A stretch of DNA of 64,000 nucleotides from an uncultured SAR86 cluster bacterium (GTDB lineage: Bacteria > Pseudomonadota > Gammaproteobacteria > Magnimaribacterales > D2472), in contig CACJBC010000004.1 of the NCBI GenBank assembly GCA_902591565.1, forward strand, positions 1,333 through 65,332, written 5' to 3'. A program made the translations under genes and the position numbers. The notes under the pieces were generated by a model. That model saw nothing but the letters and a program-made list of their open reading frames with translations. It was not told the origin of the DNA and did not search any database. Positions 50,490-62,066 of this stretch are shown one piece after another; position 1 is the first letter of the stretch; every line of letters begins with the position of its first letter.

Positions 50490-50974
50490 TGTTTATTAGT
50501 AGATTTTAAATTAATAGTATTTCTAAAATTCATATTATCTTCATAAGAAATAATAAATTCGTTTTCTGATTTAAATTCAACTTGAACAGATTTATTCATG
50601 TTATCGATAATAAAAGTATTACCACTTTTTATTTTAACATTGTTAGTATTAATGCCATTTTTAAGAATGCTTAATATGGAAGAATTTTGGTCATTTATAT
50701 CTATATAACTTATCTGATTAAAGTCAAAGTCATGAACCTCTATTAGATTATCTTTGATAATGTATTTTTCTATAGATGGTTTTAAAATTTCAACTTGTAT
50801 AAAGTTATTTTTTCTATAAATTTTACCAACTGATTCATCTATTTTTGAGTTAATATTTGTTTGTTGCACAAACTCCATGTCATTCAAAATTAAGTTGTTA
50901 AAACTAGAAATAAGATCATTAGAGTAAATGTTGATTGACCCTATTAGTAATAAAATCTTTAGGTTGAGATTCAT
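50486..50974 (-). CDS. lolA: Divergent LolA-like outer-membrane lipoprotein carrier
   Basis: Directly downstream of ftsK; signal-like N-terminus; F.Q...S.G...R...P...D.DFNQ pattern. Confidence 0.6.
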   Translation of the reverse strand: MNLNLKILLLIGSINIYSNDLISSFNNLILNDMEFVQQTNINSKIDESVGKIYRKNNFIQVEILKPSIEKYIIKDNLIEVHDFDFNQISYIDINDQNSSILSILKNGINTNNVKIKSGNTFIIDNMNKSVQVEFKSENEFIISYEDNMNFRNTINLKSTNKQ

Positions 50975-53266
50975 TTAATCTCTTTTTGGAACTAAAACTT
51001 CTCGAGAACCATTGCTACTCATTTCTGAAACTAGTCCAGCCTCTTCCATAGATTCAATTAAACGTGCAGCCCTGTTATAACCAATTCTCAATTTTCTTTG
51101 TACAGCTGAGATTGAAGCTCTTCTTGATTCTAATACAAAATTTACTGCTTCGTCATATAAATCATCAGCATCTTCGGATGATGATTCAGAGCCCGACCAT
51201 CCCGGTATAGGTCCTGTCTCTTGAGAAGAAGAAACTATATCATCTATATATTCAGGTTCAGCTCTTGATTTCCAATCATTGACAACCCTATGAACTTCAT
51301 CATCTCCAACAAACGCACCATGAACTCTAATAGGAACACCAACTCCTGGAGGTAAATAGAGCATGTCACCATAACCAAGTAATTGTTCAGCACCTCCTTG
51401 ATCTAATATAGTTCTTGAATCAATTTTGGTTGATACTTGAAAGCCAATTCTGGTTGGAATATTTGCTTTAATTAAACCGGTGATTACATCTACTGATGGT
51501 CTTTGAGTGGCAAGTATTAGATGAATTCCTGCAGCTCTTGCTTTTTGAGCAATTCTTGCAATTAAATGCTCAACTTTCTTTCCAACCAACATCATCATGT
51601 CAGCAAATTCATCAACAACAACTACAATAGATGGTAATACTTCTAAATATTCCTCATCCTCTGGGTGTAAAGGATTGATGAGCTGTTTTCCATTTGCAGC
51701 TGCCTCTTCTACTTTTTTATTAAAACTCGCAAGGTTACGGACCCCCATTAATGACATCAATTTATATCTTCGGTCCATCTCAACAACACACCATCTCAAA
51801 CCATTTGATGCATCAGTCATATCTGTAATTACTGGAGTTAATAGATGGGGAATACCGTCATAAACTGAGAGTTCTAACATTTTAGGATCAATTAAAATTA
51901 ATCTAACATCCTTGGGATCAGATTTAAAAAGCAAGCTTAACAACATAGCATTTACCCCAACTGACTTACCGGAGCCAGTTGTGCCAGCAACTAACAGATG
52001 CGGCATTTTTGCAAGATCAACAACCACAGGGTTTCCAGAGATATCATGACCAAGTGCAAGTGCAAGATTAGATGGAGATTTTTTAAATGCTTGAGATGAT
52101 AAAATCTCAGTTAAACGAACCATTTTCCTATTTGTATTAGGTATTTCTATTCCAACATAAGATTTACCTTCTATGACTTCTACAACCCTTACGCTGCTGA
52201 CTGATAATGATCTAGCAATATCTTGTGCAATATTAGTTATTTTACTAGCCTTTGTTCCTGGCGCTGGTTGAATTTCAAATCTTGTAACAACCGGTCCTGG
52301 TAAAACAGATTCAACACTAGCTTCAATACCAAACTCTTCAAGCTTGGTTTCAAGCAATGATGCAATTTGTCCTAACTCTTCTTCTGATAAAGATGACCCA
52401 TCATCAAGTGCCCTATCAAGAAGTTCTGTGCTAGGCATGACTGTTTTTTCTTCAGATATTTCAACAGGCTCACTTAATTCAACTTCTTTGATAGTTGTTT
52501 CTGCTGTATTGGGTAAGTCAGGTTGATGAGCCGCATTTAATGATTTACTTTTTTCTTCTGTCTCATCTTTGGCCTTTTTTGATGAAACAATTTTTGATTT
52601 TAATTTAGTATCTTCTTCCTTTTTAACTCTCTTTTCTTCTCTTATATTTTTTAAGCTATTAACTACTCTAGAGGTGTTACTTGAAATAAAAGTAAATATG
52701 CCAGTGGTTAATGATATGACCTTTTTAAAAATTTTTATCAAGATCATACCAATTAAATCTAATGTTTTAATCCATGAAAAATTATAAGAAAACGACAAAG
52801 CTGGGATGATAAAAATAATTAAAAAAATTAAGCTGCCAATAAAACCTAAGGTATTTGAAATAGCCCTAAAAAATATTTGTCCTAATGAACCACCACTATT
52901 ATTGTCAAAATAATATTCTAGAACTGAACAAAAACTTATAACCAATATAACCGTGCTTACTGCCCTTATAGTTATTTTGATTTTTGAATTATATGGATCT
53001 TTAAAAAAGATAGATTGCAAGGCCCAAATAAAACCAACCGATAAGACAAGATAAGACCCTAGTCCAAAAATAGTAAATAAAAAATCTGATATATTTGCAC
53101 CAAGTGGCCCCCCTAAATTATTGATAATATTTGAAGAGCTCTTATAAAAAAAAGCAGAATCAGTAGGGTCATAAGAAATCAAAGCGATCAATATATATAA
53201 AGAAAAAGCTATTAAGAAAAAACTTAAAAAGTTTAATAAGGTATTTTTAACGTAATTTGATAGCAC
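50975..53266 (-). CDS. ftsK: DNA translocase FtsK
   Basis: N-terminal 4TM region, [25 protein letters not shown] and gamma domain [13 protein letters not shown]. Confidence 0.97.
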   Translation of the reverse strand: MLSNYVKNTLLNFLSFFLIAFSLYILIALISYDPTDSAFFYKSSSNIINNLGGPLGANISDFLFTIFGLGSYLVLSVGFIWALQSIFFKDPYNSKIKITIRAVSTVILVISFCSVLEYYFDNNSGGSLGQIFFRAISNTLGFIGSLIFLIIFIIPALSFSYNFSWIKTLDLIGMILIKIFKKVISLTTGIFTFISSNTSRVVNSLKNIREEKRVKKEEDTKLKSKIVSSKKAKDETEEKSKSLNAAHQPDLPNTAETTIKEVELSEPVEISEEKTVMPSTELLDRALDDGSSLSEEELGQIASLLETKLEEFGIEASVESVLPGPVVTRFEIQPAPGTKASKITNIAQDIARSLSVSSVRVVEVIEGKSYVGIEIPNTNRKMVRLTEILSSQAFKKSPSNLALALGHDISGNPVVVDLAKMPHLLVAGTTGSGKSVGVNAMLLSLLFKSDPKDVRLILIDPKMLELSVYDGIPHLLTPVITDMTDASNGLRWCVVEMDRRYKLMSLMGVRNLASFNKKVEEAAANGKQLINPLHPEDEEYLEVLPSIVVVVDEFADMMMLVGKKVEHLIARIAQKARAAGIHLILATQRPSVDVITGLIKANIPTRIGFQVSTKIDSRTILDQGGAEQLLGYGDMLYLPPGVGVPIRVHGAFVGDDEVHRVVNDWKSRAEPEYIDDIVSSSQETGPIPGWSGSESSSEDADDLYDEAVNFVLESRRASISAVQRKLRIGYNRAARLIESMEEAGLVSEMSSNGSREVLVPKRD

Positions 53267-53294
53267 GATGTTATTTAAAAGTTTTTATTTATAA

Positions 53295-54281
<987 letters not shown>

Positions 54282-54290
54282 GAAAAATAT

Positions 54291-55274
54291 ATGAAGTATA
54301 AGGCTTATCTTATCGAAGAAAATGATGGATCTTACAATGGATCAATTAAAGAGCTTGAAATGGCTGATATACAGCCCGGCAATGTAATTGTTAAAGTCCA
54401 CTACTCTTCACTTAATTATAAAGATGCTTTGGCTGCTACCGGTGTCAAAGGTGTTGCTTCTTCATATCCATTTGTTCCAGGAATTGATGTTGCTGGAGAA
54501 ATTCTTAAATCCTCAAATGAAAATTTTAAGATTGGTGACAAAGTTATAGCTACTGGTTACAAATTGGGTATGTCAGTACATGGAGGATTTGGGCAATTAG
54601 TTCAAGTACCAGAAAAATGGGTTATACCTCTTCCAAATAATTTAACCTTGTTAAATTCCATGTCATTAGGAACAGCAGGTCTAACTGCTGGAGCGTGTGT
54701 AAAAAAAATATTAGATGCCGGTCCATCTTTAAATAATCCAATATTAGTTTCGGGAGCTACTGGTGGTGTTGGATCTGTTGCTGTAAATTTACTTTCAAAA
54801 TTAGATTTTGAGGTACACGCAATCACCGGAAAACCTAATGAGACTGAAATTTTAAAAAAGATGGGGGCTTCAGAAATTATTGATAGACATAAGTTTATGG
54901 CCGATCCAGTAAAACCACTTGATAAAGCAATATATTCGGCAGGAGTTGATACAGTTGGCGGTGATATATTGTCAAAAATGCTCTCAATGATATTAAGTCA
55001 TGGTAGTGTTGCTTGTTGTGGAAATGTAGGAGGAATGAAATTTACATCATCAGTTTTCCCATTCATTTTAAGAGGCGTTTCCTTGATTGGAATTGATTCT
55101 GCTGAATCAGATATTAATTTTAAGAAACAAATATGGAATCTTTTTTCAGAAAACTGGTCACTTAATTTGGATGATTATAGTAAAGTAGTACAACTCGATG
55201 ATATTGAGAGTGAAATTACAGCAATTTTAAATGGCGAGCAAATAGGTAGAGTTGTTATAAAACACGGAGATTAA
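54291..55274 (+). CDS. acuI: Acryloyl-CoA reductase / YhdH family MDR
   Basis: YSSLNYKDALA, GTAGLTA, GATGGVGS and PFILRGV.L.GIDS motifs. Confidence 0.88.
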   Translation: MKYKAYLIEENDGSYNGSIKELEMADIQPGNVIVKVHYSSLNYKDALAATGVKGVASSYPFVPGIDVAGEILKSSNENFKIGDKVIATGYKLGMSVHGGFGQLVQVPEKWVIPLPNNLTLLNSMSLGTAGLTAGACVKKILDAGPSLNNPILVSGATGGVGSVAVNLLSKLDFEVHAITGKPNETEILKKMGASEIIDRHKFMADPVKPLDKAIYSAGVDTVGGDILSKMLSMILSHGSVACCGNVGGMKFTSSVFPFILRGVSLIGIDSAESDINFKKQIWNLFSENWSLNLDDYSKVVQLDDIESEITAILNGEQIGRVVIKHGD

Positions 55275-55276
55275 CT

Positions 55277-55411
55277 ATGAATAATGATGATTTTGAAAAA
55301 TACTATGAATCACAAGAAGCAAATGAAGATAGCAAGTCAGACGCTAATGTTATTTTATTTCTTGTAATTGTATCCGTAATTGCAATGACCTATTGGGTTG
55401 CAGGTCAATAA
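55277..55411 (+). CDS. Putative 44-aa tail-anchored microprotein
   Basis: GGAGA RBS; MNNDDFEKYYESQEANEDSKSDANVILFLVIVSVIAMTYWVAGQ fills the gap exactly. Confidence 0.65.
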   Translation: MNNDDFEKYYESQEANEDSKSDANVILFLVIVSVIAMTYWVAGQ

Positions 55412-55415
55412 AAAG

Positions 55416-56186
55416 TTATTTAGCTTCCATTCTCATTGCTGAATCAAGTCTAATGGTTTCTCCATTTAGATAGGTATTATTAATAATGTGTTCAGCAAGC
55501 TGGGCATACTCTTTTACATCTCCAAATCTGTGAGGGAACTGGGTTGACTTTAAAAGAGCTTCTTTGTTCTCTTCTTTTGCCAATGACATAAGTGGTGTAT
55601 CAAAGATACCAGGTGCAATAGTGCAAACTCTTATACTATGTCTGGCTAAATCTCTTGCTGAGGTTATAGTCATGCCTATAACACCAGCTTTTGAGGCGGC
55701 ATAAGCTGATTGACCAATCTGTCCTTCATAACCAGCAATAGATGCTGTATTAATAATTACGCCCTTTTCTCCTTTTTCATCTGGTTCATTAATATCAATT
55801 AATTCTGCTCCTAATCTCATAACATTAAATGTACCAACTAAATTTAGGTCAATTATGAATTTAAAAATATCCAATGGATGTGGGCCATTCTTTCCAAGTA
55901 TTCTCGCGCCATAACCTGTACCAGCACAATTCACAATAAAATTGAGTTTTCCATAGGTTTGTTTAATTTCTTTAATAGCATTTGTTACTGATTCTTCACT
56001 CATAACATCTGTTTTAACATATGTAACATTTTCAGAACCAAGTAAATCAATGACTTCTTTGGCTTTGTCATCATTAATATCTAAAATAGCAACTTTACAT
56101 CCTCTTGAAATGAAATGTTCAACAGTACCTCTTCCTAAGCCAGAAGCTCCGCCTGTTATTAATGCAATGTTATTTTTAAGATTCAT
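55416..56186 (-). CDS. SDR oxidoreductase (3-hydroxyacyl-CoA dehydrogenase type II-like)
   Basis: TGGASGLG, NCAG, GQIGQ.AYAASK, IAPG.F.TP and YLNGE.IRLD motifs. Confidence 0.9.
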   Translation of the reverse strand: MNLKNNIALITGGASGLGRGTVEHFISRGCKVAILDINDDKAKEVIDLLGSENVTYVKTDVMSEESVTNAIKEIKQTYGKLNFIVNCAGTGYGARILGKNGPHPLDIFKFIIDLNLVGTFNVMRLGAELIDINEPDEKGEKGVIINTASIAGYEGQIGQSAYAASKAGVIGMTITSARDLARHSIRVCTIAPGIFDTPLMSLAKEENKEALLKSTQFPHRFGDVKEYAQLAEHIINNTYLNGETIRLDSAMRMEAK

Positions 56187-56242
56187 GTATAACCTCCGTT
56201 TTTAATAAAATTATACTCTTTATACATACTAAAAAATATTTT

Positions 56243-56258
56243 TGGCACCTAAATTGCA
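56243..56258 (+). promoter_or_regulatory. Sigma54 (-24/-12) promoter of porin-glnK-amt operon
   Basis: TGGCACCTAAATTGCA with correct GG-N10-GC spacing. Confidence 0.8.
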
Positions 56259-56301
56259 TTAGTAAAAGCGAATATAAATTTTTCATATTAAGGAGAAAAA
56301 A

Positions 56302-56889
56302 ATGAAAAAATTGTTTTTACTTGTAGGGATCATATCTTTACCAACTTTTGCAGGAGTTAGTGCAAATGTTAGTTTTGCCTCAGATTATATCTGGAGAGGA
56401 ATGACACAAACTGACGGCCCAGCAATGTCAGGTGGTTTTGATTATGAATCAGAAAGTGGATTCTACGCAGGGATCTGGGGTTCAAATGTAAACTTTAGTG
56501 ATGGTGCGGGTAGTGAGTTAGATTACTATTTTGGATATGCTTTTGATTTTGGTTCAATTGGAGTAGATCTAGGATATGTTGCATTTGATTACCCAGAAGC
56601 AACTGATTTAGATTTTGAAGAGGTAGTTCTAGGTTTATCTTATGGTGACGTAGGTCTTACTTTTGCACTTGGTCAAGACAGTGCTCCAGACTATACAGAA
56701 GTTTCTTATGCATTAGGTGCTGTAGGTTTTGCTTATGGTCAGTACGACGATTATGGTGACAACTTAGTTATTTCATATGGATTCTCATGCGGATCATATG
56801 ATTGTGGTTTAGCTTACACTGATTTCTCAGCAGATGCGGCTGGCGCAGATGATGATTATTTAGTGTTTTCAATTTCAGCAAGTCTTTAA
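56302..56889 (+). CDS. TorF/Gcw_chp family putative porin
   Basis: Signal peptide; SDYIWRG.TQT..PA..GGFDY and GFYAG.WGSNV motifs; upstream of glnK. Confidence 0.9.
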   Translation: MKKLFLLVGIISLPTFAGVSANVSFASDYIWRGMTQTDGPAMSGGFDYESESGFYAGIWGSNVNFSDGAGSELDYYFGYAFDFGSIGVDLGYVAFDYPEATDLDFEEVVLGLSYGDVGLTFALGQDSAPDYTEVSYALGAVGFAYGQYDDYGDNLVISYGFSCGSYDCGLAYTDFSADAAGADDDYLVFSISASL

Positions 56890-56896
56890 TTCTTAA

Positions 56897-57253
<357 letters not shown>

Positions 57254-57263
57254 GGAGTAAAAG

Positions 57264-58505
57264 ATGGAAGAAATTGCATTTGCTTTAGATACATTTTACG
57301 CAGTAATGGCAGGAGCTCTTGTTATGTTTATGGCAGCTGGTTTTACCATGCTTGAAGCAGGACTTGTACAAAAGAAAGATGTATCAGAAATTGTAACGAA
57401 AAATATAGGCTTATACTCAATAGCTTGTATTATGTACTTAGCTTGTGGCTTTGTGATTATGTACCCTGGTTCATATATTATTGAAGGAGTTTTACCGTCA
57501 ATTCTTGGAACAAGTTCATTTGGGTTATCTACTTCATTACCTAATGAAGATATAGGTATGCCATATGGTATGGATTATTCACAACAAGCTGACTTCTTTT
57601 TTCAAGTAGTTTTTGTTGCTACGGCAATGTCGATAGTATCAGGAGCTGTTGCTGGAAGAATGAAACTTATACCTTTCTACTTATTTGCTATCGTATTAAC
57701 AGGTTTGATATATCCTATTCAAGGCGCATGGAATTGGGGTGGTGGTTTCTTAAGCGGAACTCTCGGCTACTCTGACTATGCAGGATCAGGAACAGTGCAT
57801 TTATGTGGTGCAGCTGCAGCATTAGCAGTTGTAACGGTTTTAGGACCAAGAAATGGTAAGTATGCTCCTGATGGTACATCTTTACCTATGCCTGGGTCTA
57901 ATATACCAATGGCTGCATTAGGTGTATGGATTCTTTGGTTAGGTTGGTTTGGATTCAATGGCGGATCTGAGTTAATTGTAAGCAACGAAGCATCTGCTAT
58001 TGCTGTTAGTCAGGTATTTATGAATACAAACATGGCTGCATGTGGTGGTGTTGTTGCTGCAATCTTAGTTAGCTTAATTAGAACAGGTAAAATGGATGTA
58101 ACAATGGCTATGAATGGAGCTATTGCTGGTCTAGTAGCAATCACAGCTGGTCCAAGTGCCCCATCTGGTGGTGCTGCAATCTTAATTGGAGCATTAGGTG
58201 GTGTCTTAGTATATTTCTCAATCTTATTTTTTGACAATGTACTAAAACTTGATGATCCAGTAGGCGCTATTTCAGCTCATGGTACTGTTGGTATTCTAGG
58301 TGTTATGGTTGTTCCATTTACATCTGATGCTTCATTCTTCGCACAATTCATTGGTGTAATTGCAATTGCTGGATTTACGTTTATTGCTAGTTTGTTAACA
58401 ATCTATGCAATTAACGCTGTATTGCCAATTAGAGCAAGTGATGACGAACAGTATGCTGGTCTTGATAGTTCTGAGATAGGAGTTGAAGCTTATCCAGAAT
58501 TTTAA
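57264..58505 (+). CDS. amt: Ammonium transporter (amt1)
   Basis: FFQVVF, DYAGSGTVH, GWFGFNGGS and DDPVGAISAHG motifs. Confidence 0.95.
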   Translation: MEEIAFALDTFYAVMAGALVMFMAAGFTMLEAGLVQKKDVSEIVTKNIGLYSIACIMYLACGFVIMYPGSYIIEGVLPSILGTSSFGLSTSLPNEDIGMPYGMDYSQQADFFFQVVFVATAMSIVSGAVAGRMKLIPFYLFAIVLTGLIYPIQGAWNWGGGFLSGTLGYSDYAGSGTVHLCGAAAALAVVTVLGPRNGKYAPDGTSLPMPGSNIPMAALGVWILWLGWFGFNGGSELIVSNEASAIAVSQVFMNTNMAACGGVVAAILVSLIRTGKMDVTMAMNGAIAGLVAITAGPSAPSGGAAILIGALGGVLVYFSILFFDNVLKLDDPVGAISAHGTVGILGVMVVPFTSDASFFAQFIGVIAIAGFTFIASLLTIYAINAVLPIRASDDEQYAGLDSSEIGVEAYPEF

Positions 58506-58506
58506 G

Positions 58507-58599
58507 TTTATGAGTTAGGTTCATATCTCCCCCTTTTATACCTAACTTATAAAAACACGAAAAGAGCCGTTATCTCCCCCTTTAACGGCTCTTTTTTTT
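58507..58599 (+). ncRNA. Twin-hairpin 3' element with repeated C-rich loop (candidate 3'UTR sRNA)
   Basis: Stems 58508-58520/58540-58552 and 58560-58572/58583-58595; TATCTCCCCCTTT at 58524 and 58571. Confidence 0.55.
58560..58599 (+). terminator. Intrinsic terminator of glnK-amt1 operon
   Basis: GAGCCGTTA/TAACGGCTC stem followed by T8. Confidence 0.85.
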
Positions 58600-58632
58600 G
58601 CACCCATTTTAAACATTTTTATTAAATATACA

Positions 58633-58648
58633 TGGCATATAAATTGCA
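58633..58648 (+). promoter_or_regulatory. Sigma54 (-24/-12) promoter of amt2
   Basis: TGGCATATAAATTGCA with GG-N10-GC spacing; 14/16 identical to the promoter at 56243. Confidence 0.75.
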
Positions 58649-58692
58649 TGTATGAATTGAATGTAATAAATATATATATTTTTTAGGGAGAT

Positions 58693-59976
58693 ATGATGAA
58701 TAAGATATATTTAATCTTTGGCAGCCTTTTGGCTACTCAATTTGTTCAGGGAGATGAAATTAATTCTGGTGATGCTGCTTGGATTTTAACATCTACTGCA
58801 TTGGTTCTTTTGATGACATTACCTGGACTAGCATTGTTTTATGGTGGATTAGTTCGATCAAAAAATGTTCTTTCTGTATTGATGCAATGTTTTACAATTG
58901 CTTGTTTAATGTCAGTTTGTTGGGTTGTATATGGTTACAGCTTAGCTTTTAAGGGTGATGGTTTATTTATTGGTGATCTTAGCGCACTATTTTTAAATGG
59001 TGTAGAAAGAGACTCGATTTCAGGAACACTACCTGAGTCAGTATTTATAACTTTCCAAATGACTTTTGCAATTATAACTCCAGCTCTTGTAGTAGGTGCA
59101 TTTGCAGAAAGAATGAAATTTACTGCTATGTGTATTTTTTCAGTTGCATGGTTTACTTTTGTATATCTTCCAGCATGTCATATGGTTTGGGGCGGTGGAT
59201 ATCTAGGCAGCATAGGTGTTATTGATTTTGCAGGCGGTCTTGTTGTGCACGCTACATGTGGAATTGGAGCGCTAGTAGCAGCAATCTACTTAGGCCAAAG
59301 AAATGGATTCATGAAATCACCAATGCCACCGCATAACAGAACAATGGTCATGATTGGTGCATCAATGCTATGGGTTGGCTGGTTTGGTTTTAATGCTGGT
59401 AGTGCTGTTGCTGCAGACAGTTCAGCAGGTATGGCTATGCTAGTAACTCATATTAGTGCTGCAACAGGTGCATTAACTTGGATGGCCATTGAATGGATTA
59501 AATCAGGTAAAGCAACAATGATTGGTATAGCTACAGGTATGGTAGCTGGTTTAGCTACTATCACACCAGCTTCTGGATCTGTTGGTCCGGCTGGTGCATT
59601 ATTAATTGGATTCTTAGCAGGATTAGTATGTTTTTATTCCACTCAGGCAGTTAAATCTTACTTCAAAATTGATGATTCGCTAGATGTATTTCCTGTTCAT
59701 GGTGTCGGCGGTATTCTTGGAATTATTATGATTGCCTTTGTTGGTAATCCTGATGGTTTTCTTGGATCAGGAGCTGCTGGTATTTCTGAAGATGGTGCAA
59801 TTGCACAGTTAATGATTCAACTTCAAGGAGTTATAGTTATCTCAGCTTATACAGCCATAGTTACATACGTAATTCTAAAATTAGTTAGCACAGTAACTGA
59901 TCTTAGAGCATCAGAAGAAGATGAGGATGTTGGTTTAGATATGAGTGAACATAACGAACAGGGTTATAGTTTATAA
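58693..59976 (+). CDS. amtB: Ammonium transporter (AmtB-like, amt2)
   Basis: PGLALFYGG, FQMTFAIITP, DFAGGLVVH and DDSLDVFPVHG motifs; signal-like N-terminus. Confidence 0.95.
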   Translation: MMNKIYLIFGSLLATQFVQGDEINSGDAAWILTSTALVLLMTLPGLALFYGGLVRSKNVLSVLMQCFTIACLMSVCWVVYGYSLAFKGDGLFIGDLSALFLNGVERDSISGTLPESVFITFQMTFAIITPALVVGAFAERMKFTAMCIFSVAWFTFVYLPACHMVWGGGYLGSIGVIDFAGGLVVHATCGIGALVAAIYLGQRNGFMKSPMPPHNRTMVMIGASMLWVGWFGFNAGSAVAADSSAGMAMLVTHISAATGALTWMAIEWIKSGKATMIGIATGMVAGLATITPASGSVGPAGALLIGFLAGLVCFYSTQAVKSYFKIDDSLDVFPVHGVGGILGIIMIAFVGNPDGFLGSGAAGISEDGAIAQLMIQLQGVIVISAYTAIVTYVILKLVSTVTDLRASEEDEDVGLDMSEHNEQGYSL

Positions 59977-61080
59977 AACAGAATTACTATATTGCTTTAA
60001 AAGAAAAGGATGCATTTCTTCTGGAATTAAATGCATCCTTTGATTCAAATACTCCATGGCTTCATCTATCTCATTTTCAGTGAATTCATGATTAGGTACG
60101 TTAATGCCTTGCATAATACATGCAGCTATATTAGTTGAATGGTTTTTATATGAGGTTTTAATTTTATTTGTTATTAACTCGGCTAGGTCATCATAGCTGT
60201 CTGATGCAAATTTCATTGGCTTACCAATATACAAATGAACGTTACCCTTATTTCCAGTAATACCATCTGAGATACTTAAAAGATCTTCTCTAGGCTCTTT
60301 TTCATAAACACTATTTATTGAGGTTAAATATAATTCCTTTGCTTTCAAAAGGTCATTTGGATCCTTTTCATAGGATATTGCGACAGGAATTAAAGAAATG
60401 TTATTAAAAAATTCACTTACTGACGTGTTTTTTCTTGCATTTAAATGAATCATTTTTAATACAGCTGAATCAGTATAATCAATACCGTCTTTAGACCTCC
60501 CCTGTTTTTGTGCAATCCATACTGACTGACTATTGTTTAAAATGGAATGAATAATAAATTCAGAAGCTAGATGTAAACTTTTATATATATCTTTTTTTGA
60601 TTTACCAGATCTATCAATTATGAAACTTTTATTGAGTCTCATTAAATCTGAAGCCCATTTTTCATTCATCAAGTTATTACCAACAGCATTATTAGTAGTA
60701 TTTATTCCACTTTGATGGAGTTTTAAATTTAACAAGGCAGAATCTAGAGTAATATCTCTATGGTTAGACAAAAATAGATAACCTTTCCCAATTTCGAGAT
60801 TCTCAATTCCTTCAATTGAAAAATTATCAATAGTTTTATTAACAACATCTAATACTATTGACTCAAAAAATTTTTGATAATCTTTTATTGTTTTAATATT
60901 TTTTGTTTTACGTCTTAAGAAAAATGCTACTAATTTCTCGATCATCGGAATCTTCTGTAGCCAGTTATTTTTATTGACCGTTAAAATAGTTTTTATAACG
61001 TCTTTATCTTTGGTTAGATCTAATAAAACTTTTTCAACTTCATGATCTTCGTAGGGACGTATAGAATCAAATTTACTCAC
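59971..61080 (-). CDS. Glycerolipid acyltransferase (PlsC superfamily)
   Basis: SNHRDITLD, WIAQKQGRSKDG and PVAISYE.DP motifs. Confidence 0.85.
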   Translation of the reverse strand: MSKFDSIRPYEDHEVEKVLLDLTKDKDVIKTILTVNKNNWLQKIPMIEKLVAFFLRRKTKNIKTIKDYQKFFESIVLDVVNKTIDNFSIEGIENLEIGKGYLFLSNHRDITLDSALLNLKLHQSGINTTNNAVGNNLMNEKWASDLMRLNKSFIIDRSGKSKKDIYKSLHLASEFIIHSILNNSQSVWIAQKQGRSKDGIDYTDSAVLKMIHLNARKNTSVSEFFNNISLIPVAISYEKDPNDLLKAKELYLTSINSVYEKEPREDLLSISDGITGNKGNVHLYIGKPMKFASDSYDDLAELITNKIKTSYKNHSTNIAACIMQGINVPNHEFTENEIDEAMEYLNQRMHLIPEEMHPFLLKQYSNSVL

Positions 61081-61144
61081 AGCTATAAAGTACTCAATAT
61101 AGTTTCCTTATATTTTACATTATTAATGTATACAATACTTTGAC

Positions 61145-61885
61145 ATGAAAGCTTATCTTAATTATTCAGGAGTTGCTGTTTTAGCTCATAGAGGTGGTTC
61201 TATTGAGTCTTTTGAAAATACTATTGAATCATTTTATTACTCACAATCGCTTGGGTGTAAATTTATCGAAACTGATGTTCAGGTATCATCTGATGGTATT
61301 CCTTACATATTTCATGATGAAACTCTCACTAGATTATTAAATAAAAATACTTTATTCAGTGACTTACATTCAAATGAAATAGATAATTTAAGAATATTTG
61401 ATTCTCATAAAATACCAAGACTTCATGAAACACTTCAGGCTTTTCCTGATATGTATTTTCAAATTGATGTAAAAACTGATGCAGTTGCCATGCCAGCGCT
61501 TGAAGTTATCTATCAATGTAAGGCTGAAGATAGAGTTTGTATAGCTAGTTTCAATAGCTCTAGACTGTCTAGAGTAAATAATAAATATCCTGAATTATGT
61601 TTATCCATGGGTCCAAATGAGGTTGGTAAAATGCTTTTATCAAGCTTTGGTTTATATAATAAAACTATTATTGGAGACTGCTTGCAGGTGCCAATGTACT
61701 ACTATGGAATTAAGGTGGTAACTAAAAGATTTGTAGATTTTGTCCATAGCAAAGGACTAAAAATATGTGTATGGACAATAAATGATGAAAAAACTTTTAA
61801 AAAATTAATAGATATGGGTGTTGACGGGATTATTACTGATAAACCCAAATTATTATTTGAAATTTTAAATTCAGAAACTAATTAA
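61145..61885 (+). CDS. Glycerophosphodiester phosphodiesterase
   Basis: AHRGG, ENT, IETDV, FHD, WTIN and GVDGIITD motifs. Confidence 0.92.
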   Translation: MKAYLNYSGVAVLAHRGGSIESFENTIESFYYSQSLGCKFIETDVQVSSDGIPYIFHDETLTRLLNKNTLFSDLHSNEIDNLRIFDSHKIPRLHETLQAFPDMYFQIDVKTDAVAMPALEVIYQCKAEDRVCIASFNSSRLSRVNNKYPELCLSMGPNEVGKMLLSSFGLYNKTIIGDCLQVPMYYYGIKVVTKRFVDFVHSKGLKICVWTINDEKTFKKLIDMGVDGIITDKPKLLFEILNSETN

Positions 61886-62066
61886 TAAATTTTACTAACA
61901 GTCTTTTAGCAATAATATAAATTGGAATAATTATCGAAGTAGTTATAAGTATTTCGATTGGTGTGGAAAAATCTATTAGACTTCTAATAAAAGGAGCAAG
62001 AATAAAGGCCGTAACTGCACCTAGAATGCTGTAAAAAATAATAGATTCTTTACTAAGCAATTTCAT
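61878..62066 (-). CDS. Small two-TM hypothetical protein
   Basis: 62-aa hydrophobic ORF overlapping the end of the upstream MFS gene. Confidence 0.6.
   Translation of the reverse strand: MKLLSKESIIFYSILGAVTAFILAPFIRSLIDFSTPIEILITTSIIIPIYIIAKRLLVKFIN

Noticed and set aside
54291-55274. acuI as evidence of a DMSP lyase pathway linked to the BCCT module
   Set aside because: About 18 kb away, acuI/yhdH is widespread, and no ddd or dmdA gene is recognisable in the window.
58599-58615. NtrC site TGCACCCATTTTAAACA
   Set aside because: Only a half-site match, and under 20 bp from the -24 element, too close for a typical enhancer.
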